Positions 38,401 to 50,126 of a stretch of DNA of 64,000 nt are shown here, one piece after another (within the stretch, counting starts at the first letter, position 1; each line of letters starts with the position of its first letter). The position numbers and the translations under genes were made by a program. Source of the DNA: Psammoneis japonica (lineage: Eukaryota); contig QPGO01000146.1 of assembly GCA_008632985.1 (NCBI GenBank), forward strand, positions 62,001-126,000, in the 5' to 3' direction. The notes under the pieces are model-generated. The model had not been told where the DNA came from. It saw nothing but the letters and a program-made list of their open reading frames with translations, and ran no database searches.

Positions 38401-38779
38401 ATACATGTCTCTCTCTCAAGCACTACCATCCTCCACGCAGCCGAGTTCCAGTGTACTCAATGTTGTGTTTCCTACGTATCTCCCTTTTGCTCCTTATGGT
38501 GCATATTATACATCACGTTCTGTTTTTGAGCAAATGTTGCTCATTCCATGGAGATTCTTTATGCAATCTCTTCCACTCGTCCTTATGACACTTTATCCAT
38601 ATATTATACATCATTCGTGCATGCTCTTATGCATGCTTCATCTCTCTACCTTAGCTATTTTCATTGGTGCATTCAAAAATTAATCGGGATAATTATATAA
38701 TGAATTTTCTTTGATACTCGACTATCTCTAGCTAGCTAGAGAATAGCTAGAGTAGAATAGAAGTGGCTTTTCCGAGTAT

Positions 38780-39050
38780 AGTGGTCCTTAAGGTGACTAC
38801 CCTCCTCAGTCGACCGCGCGGAACAGAACGCGACTAAGGGACCAGTGCTGGCTCTGCGCAAGCATGCTTTATCTCTACTTCTTGATCGGGACAACTACTC
38901 GTAGAAGTAACTACAGAGTGTTGTTGACCTCAGTTGGTCCTTGAGGTTGTGACTAGTCGGCCGCGTGAAACAGGAAGCGACCAAGGGAGCATAATAAGAC
39001 TGACGCAGTACTGGCTCCTGCACAAGCAAGCTAGATCTCTATTCTCTACT
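38780..39050. repeat. Diverged tandem duplication (about 150-bp period) in intergenic DNA
   Basis: tggtcctt.agg...gtgacta...agtcg.ccgcg...aacag.a.gcgac.aaggg...cagt.ctggctc...caagca.gct..atctcta occurs twice. Confidence 0.7.
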
Positions 39051-39206
39051 TTGGCTATGCATTGAAGCATTCAAAATTGATCGGGATAACTATAAAGTGA
39101 ATTTTCTTCCTAACTATACATTTTTCTTTGGTTCTCCTTGAAGTAACTCTTCCACTCCTCCTCGTTCGACCAAAAACACAACAACTCTCCTTTGACTGAC
39201 TCACTT

Positions 39207-39782
39207 TTAGGACAACCACTGGGTCGGGTGGGAGGTGTCGCGTTCCCTCTGGCGTAAATCCGCAACCACGTCGGGATACTGGGCACATTGCTGAGGGAGA
39301 GACTTGACACGAGTCATGTGATGAGAAAGCTGCGTGCAAAACTCCTTGGTAAACTTGGCAGGGTCTTCGTCCTCATCTGTCACAAAAACGAGAGAGAGCA
39401 AAGCCAAGAAGAAGGAAATGAGTACTCGATGAATACACAGTCGAGAGCATCGGAACAGGAAGCAAAAGTAGGATCGTACCTAGATAAGACTCCTCTGCAA
39501 TTCGTTACCATTGTTCGAGATCCGACCAGATGGGGAACATAGAAGTAGATAGGACCAAAATAATGTGAGTAAGTTGTGACAGAATAAGGAGCAAGACGCA
39601 AGATGCAAGTGCAGCAAAATCGTGGTGCAAAAGCCATGGCGGTTTGAAGAAGCAGAACGACACGACCCATTCTCTCGGAGAAAAACTTACGCAAAAGATC
39701 CACCTCGTTCTTGGCCGAGAGACGCCTGCAACGTTGAAGCCTTGGCGTGAAGGGAGAGCTGGGCGTTGTTGGGGTTGGACAT
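39207..39782 (-). CDS. Possible small spliced or frameshifted gene of unknown function
   Basis: ATG near 39782 and protein-like pieces (RLSAKNEVDLLR; DEDEDPAKFTKEFCTQLSHHMTRVK); structure unresolved. Confidence 0.25.
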
Positions 39783-40157
39783 GGTTTAGATGCTTCCTAC
39801 AAAAGGCCGAGAAGAATTAATGAACAAAGTGGTCTTGCAACTTGTGAGAAGAATTTGGGAAGAAATGAACCTTGAAGAACAAAAACGCAAAAAAGATTTC
39901 GAATTTTGACGCCCACTTTCCGCGGACCAAAGTGTTCCGATTTTGACACTTTCCATTCGTTTTTGGTGACACTTGCTGACGTGGCGATTTTTTCTTCAAG
40001 TTCGCGCTCGAAACTGGGAAGGCAAAGGGCCTCTTTGGTCCTCGACAAGCGGGCCTCTCCAACTGTGTTCAAAACACAGGCCTATTTTGCTTTCTAGTTC
40101 CTAGAAATGACGAATGAATGAGGTGAATGCTTCTTTGTAGAAATCAAAAATACCTAG

Positions 40158-42568
40158 CTATTTATGTTTTGTTGAGTGGAACATGCATTTGGGCGATTCC
40201 CCCGCCCTATGAATGTTGATCTTCTTGTGGAACAGCTTCGCCATCCTGTGTCTGGCTTGCTTCTCCCTCGGCGCCACGTACTGTGGGTTCAGGAGTTGTA
40301 TCATCCTCGACATTTGCTGCCTCTTCGTTTGGTTCAGCGGCAACAACTGCCTCTTCTTCCTTGCTTCCGGCTGGAGCAGCTGAACCGTCTCCAGCCACTG
40401 AACCTCCTGAGGTACAGTCTCCTGCGGTACAGACTCTACCGGTTGCTCGTCTTGGGCGCTGGCTTCGTCTTTGCGTGGCTTTTTCGTGGTAGTGGGCGAC
40501 TTGAGTCCAGGAAACGAAATGCCTCGCTTTCGTGCGGTTTGAACGTAGGACTTGTAGTAGCAGCGTATTCGATCACGCACGGCCACAAAATTGAACTCGG
40601 CTGGATCAAATTCATAATTGTGCTGTGCGGCAAGTTCCAACAAACTCTCCGTCAACCAATTGTTGTACTGCTTTTGTTCCGCTGTATAGTTGAGAGCTGA
40701 ATGACGCAGGTACTCGTCGCGATGAGAGACAAGGAACCGTTCCAACTGCGCGAGCGAGGAAATGGACGGATTGGTGTGAGCAGAGGAAGAGGCGGCCATA
40801 GATGAATCTGGTTCTTTCTCGTAAACTTACCTCTGGATAATGCTTCCAAGAGAATTTCTTTCGAAGTATTACTTTCTCATCCAGTTGCGGTTGCTGGACA
40901 TAGGTGTACGGTTGGGGATGTTCCGGCTGCTGCTGCTGAGCAGGAGTGGGGTGCTGATGATAGCGCACGTCTTGATGTTCGTGCGGAAAGGGTGGTGGTC
41001 CTTGATGATGATGATGCGAGTATGGCCTGTGATGCGGTGGGGCGGAATACGGTCCCTGACGATATTGGCCTTGAGGATAAGGAGCCTTGTAAGCGCCCGG
41101 ATGTCCTTCGTACTGTGGAGGTTGTTCCCGCCAAGCATAGTAGTCTTGTTCCTCGCCGCCGTAGGCTTCGGGTGGAGGATAGCGTGCATATCGAGGCGGC
41201 GGCGGCGGCGGTGGTCCCTCCTCTTCATATGACGGCGCCCTGCCAATTGCATGGGGATACTCCTCAGGATAGCGCTGAGGATAGGCTTCCCTGGCTCCCC
41301 AACCCGATGGGTCGGACGAAGGTGGTGGCCCGCCACCACTTCGATCCCAACCTTGAGGTTGTGAATAATACGATGCTGGAGGTTGAGCTGCACCACGGTA
41401 AGACCGTTGAGGCGAGCCAGTGCGTTGCGGCGGTGTAGCAATGTGTTCCATGGTGAGGTAGTCGGGTGGTGCATACTCGGGTGTAAGGCCACCAGGATGC
41501 GGATAGGGAGAACGCGCAGCACCGGGGGTGACGGGACCTTCGGCAAAGCTGGTCCAGCGTTGATGGTAGAGACTATCCACGCTGCTGTGTCGACGGTGAT
41601 GACGAGGAGTCATGGTTGTCGGGACACTGCTCGCCGGCGTAATCATTGGGGGAGTAGCATGGACGTGCGGTGTCCTCAAGATACCACTCCCACCGCGTCG
41701 ATGCCTGGGAGATGCGTTTGATGCCTTGGGAGTCCAGCACTCGGGCGAGACTGGACTAGCGTCTTTTGCTTGAGGTGCCACCAACGGTGAGGCGGTTGGC
41801 ATTCGCTGCTGAGGCGGTGAGGTAGGGCCTTCCGGTTGTTTTCGCTCGGGAACTCGTTTCTCCTCATCTTTCGTCTTTTCTTCGCCCGGGTTGTCTTCGC
41901 GATCCGAACCCTTCGGACTACCCTGAGGACTAGTTTGAATATCGAACGAAACCTTTGCTAATAACGAAAGCGCATCCTTGTCCTTTTTCTCCTTTTCCTT
42001 CTTGCTGTCTGAAGCTTCAGATGCCTTTTCTTTCTTGGGCGGAGACTTGGGTGGAGATGGAACGCCGCGCAACGGATGAGAAGGCTGGCGGCGGTGCACG
42101 TTGGGGCGAAACTGAATGCGAAGCGAGGGTGGCGGCGGCGGTTGCGGAGGCCCATCAGGCTGAGGATACTCTTGCATTCTCATTTCCTCGTGAAGCGGCA
42201 TGTAGGGTCGTTCCTCTGGCACTCGGTACGGCGGAGGAGGCAACGCTGCTGTTGGGTGGGACGTGGAGGCGATGTATGACGCTGTGGTTGTTGCTGTTCT
42301 CGCCAGCCCCCGCGTTCGTAGTATGGAGGACCTCCGCGCACGCCTTGTTTATAGCCTTCACTGGGAGTTACCGACGATAGTCAACAGGTGGTGGGCGCGA
42401 AATTCGGTATTGAGGTGGATAAGGAGATGTTGGTGCGCTCCCACCTCGATACGGTGGCTGTTGCTGTTGTTGCTGCTGCCGGGATTCGTAGTACGATTGA
42501 TTCTCGCGCCACTGACTCCCACCTTGATGATGAGGCGGCTGTTGCCAATCCATTCCTTGCGGGGGCAT
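40158..42568 (-). CDS. Pro/Gln-rich protein with the same C-terminal domain, paralogue 2; intron 40746-40830; apparent frameshifts in the 5' and 3' parts
   Basis: ILRKKFSWKHYPE|LERFLVSHRDEYLRHSALNYTAEQKQYNNWLTE...VRDRIRCYYKSYVQTARKRG; ALSLLAKVS motif; long disordered N-terminus. Confidence 0.75.
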
Positions 42569-44062
42569 TCAAAACTGCTGTTCAAATAAGATTCCGGTGT
42601 ATGTCAACGTTGCGATTGTGAACCGAACACATGCACCTTTCCTAACAGACTTTTCATGCGCAATGTGTTTTCAAACGAGTGTTAGTATCGCACGACCAGT
42701 ACCTCGTGATGCCTCTTTTTGCTTTCTCGTTTGTGTTCCCTCCGCGTCAGTCTTGTCCAATCACGTTTGGCGCGCAAATCAACGTTACGCGGGCAAAATA
42801 TTTCAATAGTTAAAAATTTCGAAATTTCAATCTATGTATTAAGCGATATATGATTAGTATGAAAATGCGAATTTTTTAACGGGGAGTAGTATTACCATGC
42901 CTGCTACTGTTGCTTGAAACTTTCATTGACTATTCATGATATATTTATGGAGGTCTTTCACATTTTTTCTTTATCAGCCATACTCGTTTTCCCGCCAAGT
43001 CTTTCTGGCATTGATACTTTTAGTATCCTAAAAAAAGAGGCACATTTGCCGCGGCTATCGCTCAAAACGACCCGATCCGGGACATACTTCTCGTGCAATT
43101 TCACGGCATTCTTCGATCGTCGTGACACCCGGGTTCCGACATTGGTGTCTATCCATCTCACATGACATGGACGGTTAACGCTGCATTAACGTTGATTGTG
43201 TTCAATGAAACATACTGAGCGAAGTCGCAGCCGATACTCCGATGTGTACGACACGTACTTCGGAATGGCACATGGTTCATCTGCAAGTACCGGTACGCTG
43301 GGCTGCACGTAAAACTGTTTCACCTGCCACCTCTTATTCTAAACCCAAAATTGGTCAAATTAAAATTTTGAGCACACCTTACATCCAAAATCGACCATTT
43401 TCTTTCGATCTGTCGGCGGACCTAATGCGAAAAACGATCAGAAAGTCGATTTTTCGACACAGCTGGTTTTCGAAAACTCAAAACAGACCCATTCTGCTGA
43501 TTTTCGAGAATGGGTCCGCCGACAGTTCATTTCCTTATTGTTTTTAGTACAAATATGCGCAACTATCGACCGAAAATTCCAAGTATTTGGTTTCGAATAA
43601 GCACTTTAGTCTTATTCGCTTTCGCCCGTAGGAACCATACTGTTTCCTACTGACGGTGTCTCTGAACGCACGAAATGACCCCGTTATGTACATCCTAAAT
43701 GTCATATATAAATATATGTACACGTCATTTCATATGAATACCTACGTAAAATGTACATCACTTCAACTTTGATCGTTTCTAGTTCACTCTAAACATCTAC
43801 CAGAGACCACGGTAAAGGCACCGTTGGAAAGAGCAGATTCTCAGCTTTCCATCGATGTGCCGTTTGTTCCCTGCGTACGATTTGAGCTGGAGATACAGTC
43901 GTGGCAGTCCAAGCGGTTTTATGTCCAGCACAGCGTAAGCGGTAACGAACAGCAAACCAAACGCCAACCTGAAGAAAAGAGATGGATGATCCGAATCAAG
44001 AATCAAGAAGCCGCTGCTGGAAAATGTAAGAAAAGCCAAATCTGTGTTTCTTCTAAACAACT

Positions 44063-44926
44063 TCAAACCGTCCACCGTCCAACAATGTCGCTTTTCAGAT
44101 CCGCCCTGGATTTCATCAGGTGCATCAACAAATTGCAAATGTTGCGACAATCATCAATGCCAGAGTGATGATGGCCTGCCAATGGCAAGTTTTCCTTGGC
44201 AAGCATGCTTTTCATGCCCCCGCCCTTGCGAAAGGGCGGCAATTGCGCAAAGGTCCGTTCAATGTTGATCCATGCGTGATGGACGGCGGGAACCGTCACC
44301 ATTCTGGCCAACTGCAGCTGTTGAGGAAGGCACGTTGCAAGATCCCAGTCGCCGCAGGTTGCAATCACGACGGAATGCAGTGGTTTGCCATGTGGATCAC
44401 CGTCTTTGTCAACGCAGGACGCCAGCCAGTGAGCGTGTTCCTGAAGCGCTTGAGGAAAGGGTGCTCCGCGTTGATTGATGGTTTCTTGCATGATGCCAGT
44501 CAGTTCAGTGCAAAAGGGATGCAGTTTCGGATGGAGTGATGGTTTGCAATGGCGCTGAAACTCAGCCACGACGGTGGCGTTCTGGGCTCCACCCCGCACA
44601 TCCAGCAACACAGACGGCAGTTCAATCACTTCCTGTTGCGATCTGGGCACGTTGCCGCCACAGGTGGCTTCGAAATCCAACACGCAATAAAAGTCCACAT
44701 GTCTTGTAGAGTTGGTGCCGACGTGTTGGGGAAAGCCCCAAGACGGCGGCGATGGCCACGCCTGAAAATCTTGCGGCACACGGTTCATCCAGTTTGGCGG
44801 TGCTCCCGCTACGATTGGTTTCTTCTTGGCGGCGGATGCCTTGTTGCCGCCTTTTCCCTTTGTGGCACCTCTCCTTTCCTTTTCTTTCTTTCCGTGTTGC
44901 TGCTTTTGTGCTTTGTGTTCGTCCAT
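44063..44926 (-). pseudogene. ERI1/ERI3-like DEDDh 3'-5' exoribonuclease, ORF open but hypermutated
   Basis: VLDFEATC, EVIELPSV, FCTELTGIMQ, TCGDWDL, WINI, GHHHSGIDDCRNI; only one Tyr in the 350-aa ORF; GIMQ and GHHHSG depart from the usual GITQ and GRHHSG. Confidence 0.75.
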
Positions 44927-45127
44927 GGTGCTTGTTCTTTGTGCAGATTGTAGATTGGAAGTCGAGAAGCTTGTTCTCAGCGTGGGTTGCTTTTTGATGT
45001 TTTGTGGCGAGAGTGGTGAGGTCGCACGATGAACAACTGGCGCACGTCTGAATCTTGCTGCGCACTCAAAGGTGGCGCGAATGAAAGAACAAACAAGAAG
45101 TAGAGTCGCTTCCACAGAATGACACCA

Positions 45128-46500
45128 AGCAGAGACATTTCATGTTTGGTTTGTGTCTGCAAGTCACGTTTGTGCCAGAGGGCGTGAAAACTGCGCCTCC
45201 CATCAATGCTGCAAATTCTGACAAACGCAACCCGTGAACTGCACTCTAGCTAGAGTGCGCTGTTGCCAAGGTTTCATCTGATGTGCGTCATGCATTGCGA
45301 ACGCACCAGATCTTGAGTCTTGAGTCTCGATGATTCCCGCCTCTGTGTCAGAGTCTCTGTTGTTTTGAGCACGTTCGCTGCCTCCCCCCACTGGGAAATG
45401 TCAAGTGAAACTCGTCCAATTGATTGATGAACAGAGCATGCATGAAGATTCGAGTCCAATCTGACACAAATCCAAAACCCCTAAATGCCTCCATCACATG
45501 TTCCAACTGACCCCACTCAACTTGGCCACTTCTTGGATTCAATGCAAAACCAAAAGCACACGGCATCTGAGAAATGACAAACCAGCACTCCACAATCATT
45601 GGAGATTGAGACATGATGGTGCCGCATCCGGCGTGATGTCCTCCTCGAGTTGTCACAACATTGAACATTTGGAGAATCTTTAGAACTGGGAGACTGTTCA
45701 CTGCATTTCCAAGTTTTTTCAGACACCAAAAGTTGGGATGGACGATCCGCATGAGTGTGACAGTGGCAACTGATGGGAGCGTTGAAATGCACAGAGGCGT
45801 CATGAGGCTGGCTCCGGGTCGACGGCCAACATTGACAATGGGGGCCAGCCATGTTTGAAAAATGTGTGGAGAGTCAGAAAACAGAGAAAGGTGTGTCCAA
45901 ATTGCTGCAAAATGCCCAAGGCATCGGCAAGGACATGAAAGTGAAGCTAGATCTGACTGTCTTGTTCAGAAGCAAACAAACAAGATTGACAACTGGCATC
46001 CCAAACAAGAGCTTCTTGAATGAGCGCGAAAGCTTTCCACTCATTGCACAGGCGTTTTGGTCAACACACTGTCAAGAAAGCAATGAAACTGCCACACCAC
46101 CCCAGATCAAAAGTCTTTTGGTTGTCTCACTTGCAACAATTGCAGCTCCTCAAAACTTTGGAATGAGAAAATTGCGAAGGTGATTCCGACGATGCAATCA
46201 CTCATCATCATCACCGCGAGTGTTGTGAGTTGTTAAAGAAGCACGACTTGTGGCTGATTGTGCAATTGCTCTTGATTTCGTTCATGTCCATCACCAAGAA
46301 GATGCAAAGCAGCTTTCAGAGATCATCCTTGTGTTGTGCGCCCATGTTGACTCAGAGTTTGCTCCTGTTCCAACCACGTCAGCCAGCCTGGCAATCAGGA
46401 TTTCACCACCTCACCAAACAGCATCAGATGAGAAGGAGGCTCAACTCTTGACCCAGCACCACCAGCCTTGGGCAACTCATGCTGTGTCCACTTGCTTCCA
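45128..46500 (-). pseudogene. Hypermutated, frameshifted duplicate of the locus at about 57037-58370
   Basis: Colinear similarity over about 1.3 kb, e.g. MTPLCISTLPSVATVTLMRIVHPNFWCLKKLGNAV vs MTPLYVSTFLSVAAVILVRTVHPNFWCLRKLGNAV. Confidence 0.95.
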
Positions 46501-48089
46501 GACCCAATGACCTCAATGTCACTTGGGTCACTGGCCCAAGATCTCATGGTGTGGTGGACTTTGTGGGCCTCACTGCACCACTCCAAGGTTCATGTGCTCA
46601 CACCACACCCTGTGCAAAGAAGCCACAAACCTCCACCTGCACATGCTGCCACACTCCACCCACCCACCTGGAGTGCTGTCTGGCTTGACACAGTGAGTGT
46701 GCTCTTCTGCTTTGAGCACCCCCTGCTCTGACGCCACTGGTGCAGAGACACAAAGATGAAGCTGCTGCACTCTCACCTCCAAGCACACACAACCTTTTTT
46801 TTGTCAACCTTGCTGTTTTCCTTTGTGCACCCTGCCGCCCAAGTGGCTTGTCATCCGGCAAGCTTCAGAAGCTTTGGAAAGCAGCCACGGCCTGCCCACC
46901 TTGCTCACAACCTTTCTCCCACATTTGCAACCATGTGCTCAACAGCAAGCCGGGCTGGGCCAAACAGTTGTCTGCCACAGCCAACCCCACCACCTTGGCG
47001 GTCCTTTGTCTTTTTTTGCAACCTGACAGCACATCTCCAACAGCCCCCAATTTCATCCTGTGGTGCTGCCAACATGGAGGCTGCCAAAAGGGAGGGAGAC
47101 AGAGAGAGAGAGAGACAAAGTGCACAGCACATGAGCCCAAACACATGAAGTGTGCATGCCCTGCAGCCACTGCAACTTGGATCTTTTTGACACAACAGAT
47201 TCAATCATGTCAACAACACTGAACAGCATCATGGCTTCTGATTGAGCCACTGCAAAAGTCTTGCTCCCAAGGACTTTGGCCAATGCCGCTGCACTTTCTG
47301 GCGCATCTGTGTGACTTCAACAAATGCCCAGCTGGCCGCTGCTGTGTTGTGGACTTGTTCCAGACTTCTTGGGTGTGCACATTTGCAAAAATGCCCCCTT
47401 TTGCATGAAATGTGCAGTCCAAACTTTCAGCACAATTTTCAGCAGTCAAAACATGACAATTTTTAAGTGTGCCATGGGTCCATTGGTCGCCAAATCACGC
47501 TGCAAGATGAGAGCTTGGTTTTCTGTTGTGCAATGTTTGTGGTTGCAGCCATGTGCAAAGAGAAAGACACAAATCAATGCAAACAAAACATTCACAGACT
47601 GGTGAGTTTCAAAAAATGTGAGAAGAAGTGAAGCTCAGCCCATGCAATGGCATTGACTTCAAACCCATTTTTGCTGCTTTGTTGGCATGAACGACTGGTG
47701 CACCTGTGCCTGTCAACACCATGGAGGAAATGCACATGGCGACAGAAAAGAAATGGCTCTCAGAGGCAAATTGTGAGCACATTCATTGTTGCCATTGATG
47801 CCACAGACACTGAGTGTCAAATGTGCTGCGGAGGTCCTTGTCATGACATTCAACTTTTCACGAGGTTGAAAAAAGCAGGCCACCATGGATGCTGAAAGCT
47901 GCAGCCATTTTGGCTGTGAGTTGGTTTGAATTTCATCTGTTTTTTTTCTTGCAAGCTTCCAATGTGGTCAATTTGACAAAAGAATGTTGCGCCAATGTTG
48001 AGCAAAGCAGGGGACATTTGTTTTTTGTGTGAAAAGGGGCACGCACGTGGTGCCACCCAAGTCTGGAACAAGTGTGTGGCTGCTTGCTT

Positions 48090-48710
48090 GCTTTTCATTT
48101 GCCTTGCAATTGACAGATGACAAAATTGACCTCAAGCATGTCCAACTCACAGCACACAAGATCTTTTTGATGCAGAGGCAGCTGTGGGAGGGGGCGCCAT
48201 AGAAATCATGTAGAGACGAATTTTCTTGGATCAAAACGAGAGTTGCCGATGTCGACAGAGGGTGTTGCGGCGGTCTTAAAATGGGGGGTGACTTTTTCAT
48301 TTGCCTTGCATTCGTCGTTGATGAGATCAATGAAGTGACCGCCATTTTCCCGTGCTTTGCCATGCAGTCACGACTGAAAATGTCTCGATTTTTCTAAAAT
48401 CCTGCCGTCACTCGTTTGCAGTTTTGGAATGTTGCTGCAACTTTTGTCATGCCAATGCTGGCCAATGTCAAAAGCAGAGGCTCTTGCGTCTCTAACAACG
48501 CATCTCTGCCAAGTCACCTGACTCCGCAGTTGGAAAGAACGTGAAATGGTGCTTTTGTTGCTTTTGCCGCACTTCACCGTGCAATCACGACTGAAAATCC
48601 TTGATGTCTCGTTTGCAGTTTTGGAATGACATTGCGGCTGTTGTGATGCCAAAAGTGACTGACATCAAAAGCAGAATCCATCACATCTCCAATGATGCAT
48701 CTGCCACTTC
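48090..48710. repeat. Degenerate tandem repeats of about 200-220 bp
   Basis: ttttcatttgccttgca at about 48092 and 48294; tcacgactgaaaat...ctcgtttgcagttttggaatg...tcaaaagcaga...gcatct at about 48368 and 48585. Confidence 0.6.
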
Positions 48711-48859
48711 AGCTGTCTCTGCAGTTGCAGAGAATGATCAATGGCATCTTTCTCTCTTTCGCCACACTTCGCCATGTGCAAAAATCCACCGAGTGCCAAT
48801 GCACGCCCATTTCGCGGTGGAACTGAGTTCTCATTTCAAAGCACAATGAGCTCTGCCAT

Positions 48860-49530
48860 TTTGTTCTTTCTGCTTGTCTGTTCAGGACATGATTCTTTGC
48901 AGCTTCTGATGTTGGTGTTGGCAGAGGCGGTTCGATGGCAGGTTTGGAGATGACTTTGTCATGAGAGAATGCAAGGCGTGGCTTGTTTGCAGGTTTGCCA
49001 TGGGGCTTCCAAGGCAGAGGCAAGCCCTTCTTTCTGGCATCAATGCGTGCTCTTTTGAACGCTGTTTGCTTTAGCATCTCGTCTGTCTCATCCTCGGTCT
49101 TGTTGAGTGCAAAATTCTCGCATGGCACCCTCGTGTCATCATCCAATTCATCAACAGCAAGCACTTCCTTCGCATTCATGACACCAAAATCCATTCCAGA
49201 CTCAAGGATTGCGTGATTCAAGAACACGGCATGAATTGATTCGCGGATTTTTGTTGCTCCTCAGAATCCAAACGAAAGGTTCGAACTGCCGCCGACAACC
49301 TTTGCACGCAGACATTGTTCCTTGACAGTCTTTGTTTTTTGCGTCAACAAAGTCGACTCACAGTTGGCGTGTTCCTCCATGCCGGTGCCAACCGTCAATG
49401 CATTGGGATTGCACACAATGTCTGCGCCCACTTCGTGCATGTCACATGAGCGCTTGCATGTCCAAACCTTGTCCTCCCAGGTCGCTGCTTGTCCTTGTTC
49501 GTCAAATGCCATGACTGCTGCCACAGCACC
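48860..49530 (-). pseudogene. METH: Fragment of cobalamin-dependent methionine synthase (pterin-binding domain), inactivated
   Basis: KHGAVAAVMAFDEQGQAAT...KRSCD...NPNALTVGTGMEEHANC...GGSSNLSFGF*GATKIRESIHAVFLNHAILESGMDFG..NAKE; in-frame TGA at 49261-49263 where FRG is expected; internal deletions. Confidence 0.85.
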
Positions 49531-50126
49531 GTGTTTCTCCAACCATGTCCAACCCCCCACTGCTTCCACAACATGCCTCTCAGTGGCGATCTTCCTGTTG
49601 ACATGGCTGAAAACGCAGTGTTGGAATGCTTGTTGCTTGTCGTGAACTCGGAATCAATCGCGAGCCTGAGAGCCCAAAAATCCTTTTCTCAGAGCTTTCA
49701 TCATGACAGCAAGTTGTTTGCTGACAGATTGAGTCTCTGTGGTCTTCATTTCCAGCATGCGACAAAACTGTTTCTCGTGAAGGTGCCATTTGGATGACGG
49801 CATGATGTTCAGATGAGATGTGAGGTCATTCGCAGACATTTCAAAATTGCTCGATGAAGCTGCCACCAAAAATCATGCTTTGGAGCCCCTTGCCCAATTC
49901 GACAATGGCGGACATGATGGCATCAAATGCACATCTTTTTGTGTTGATCCTGAGGGCACGAAAGCGATGTGGTGCAAAACGGCATGTTTGTTGGTCAGGC
50001 ATCGACATTGTTTTTAACATCTCAACCAAATCATTGTTCGAGACAGCCCCTCGCAGCATTCCACCCAATGAGATGATGGCGGATGCAGCACTTTGAAGGG
50101 GCTGTCTGAAACAGTGATTCTGAGGG

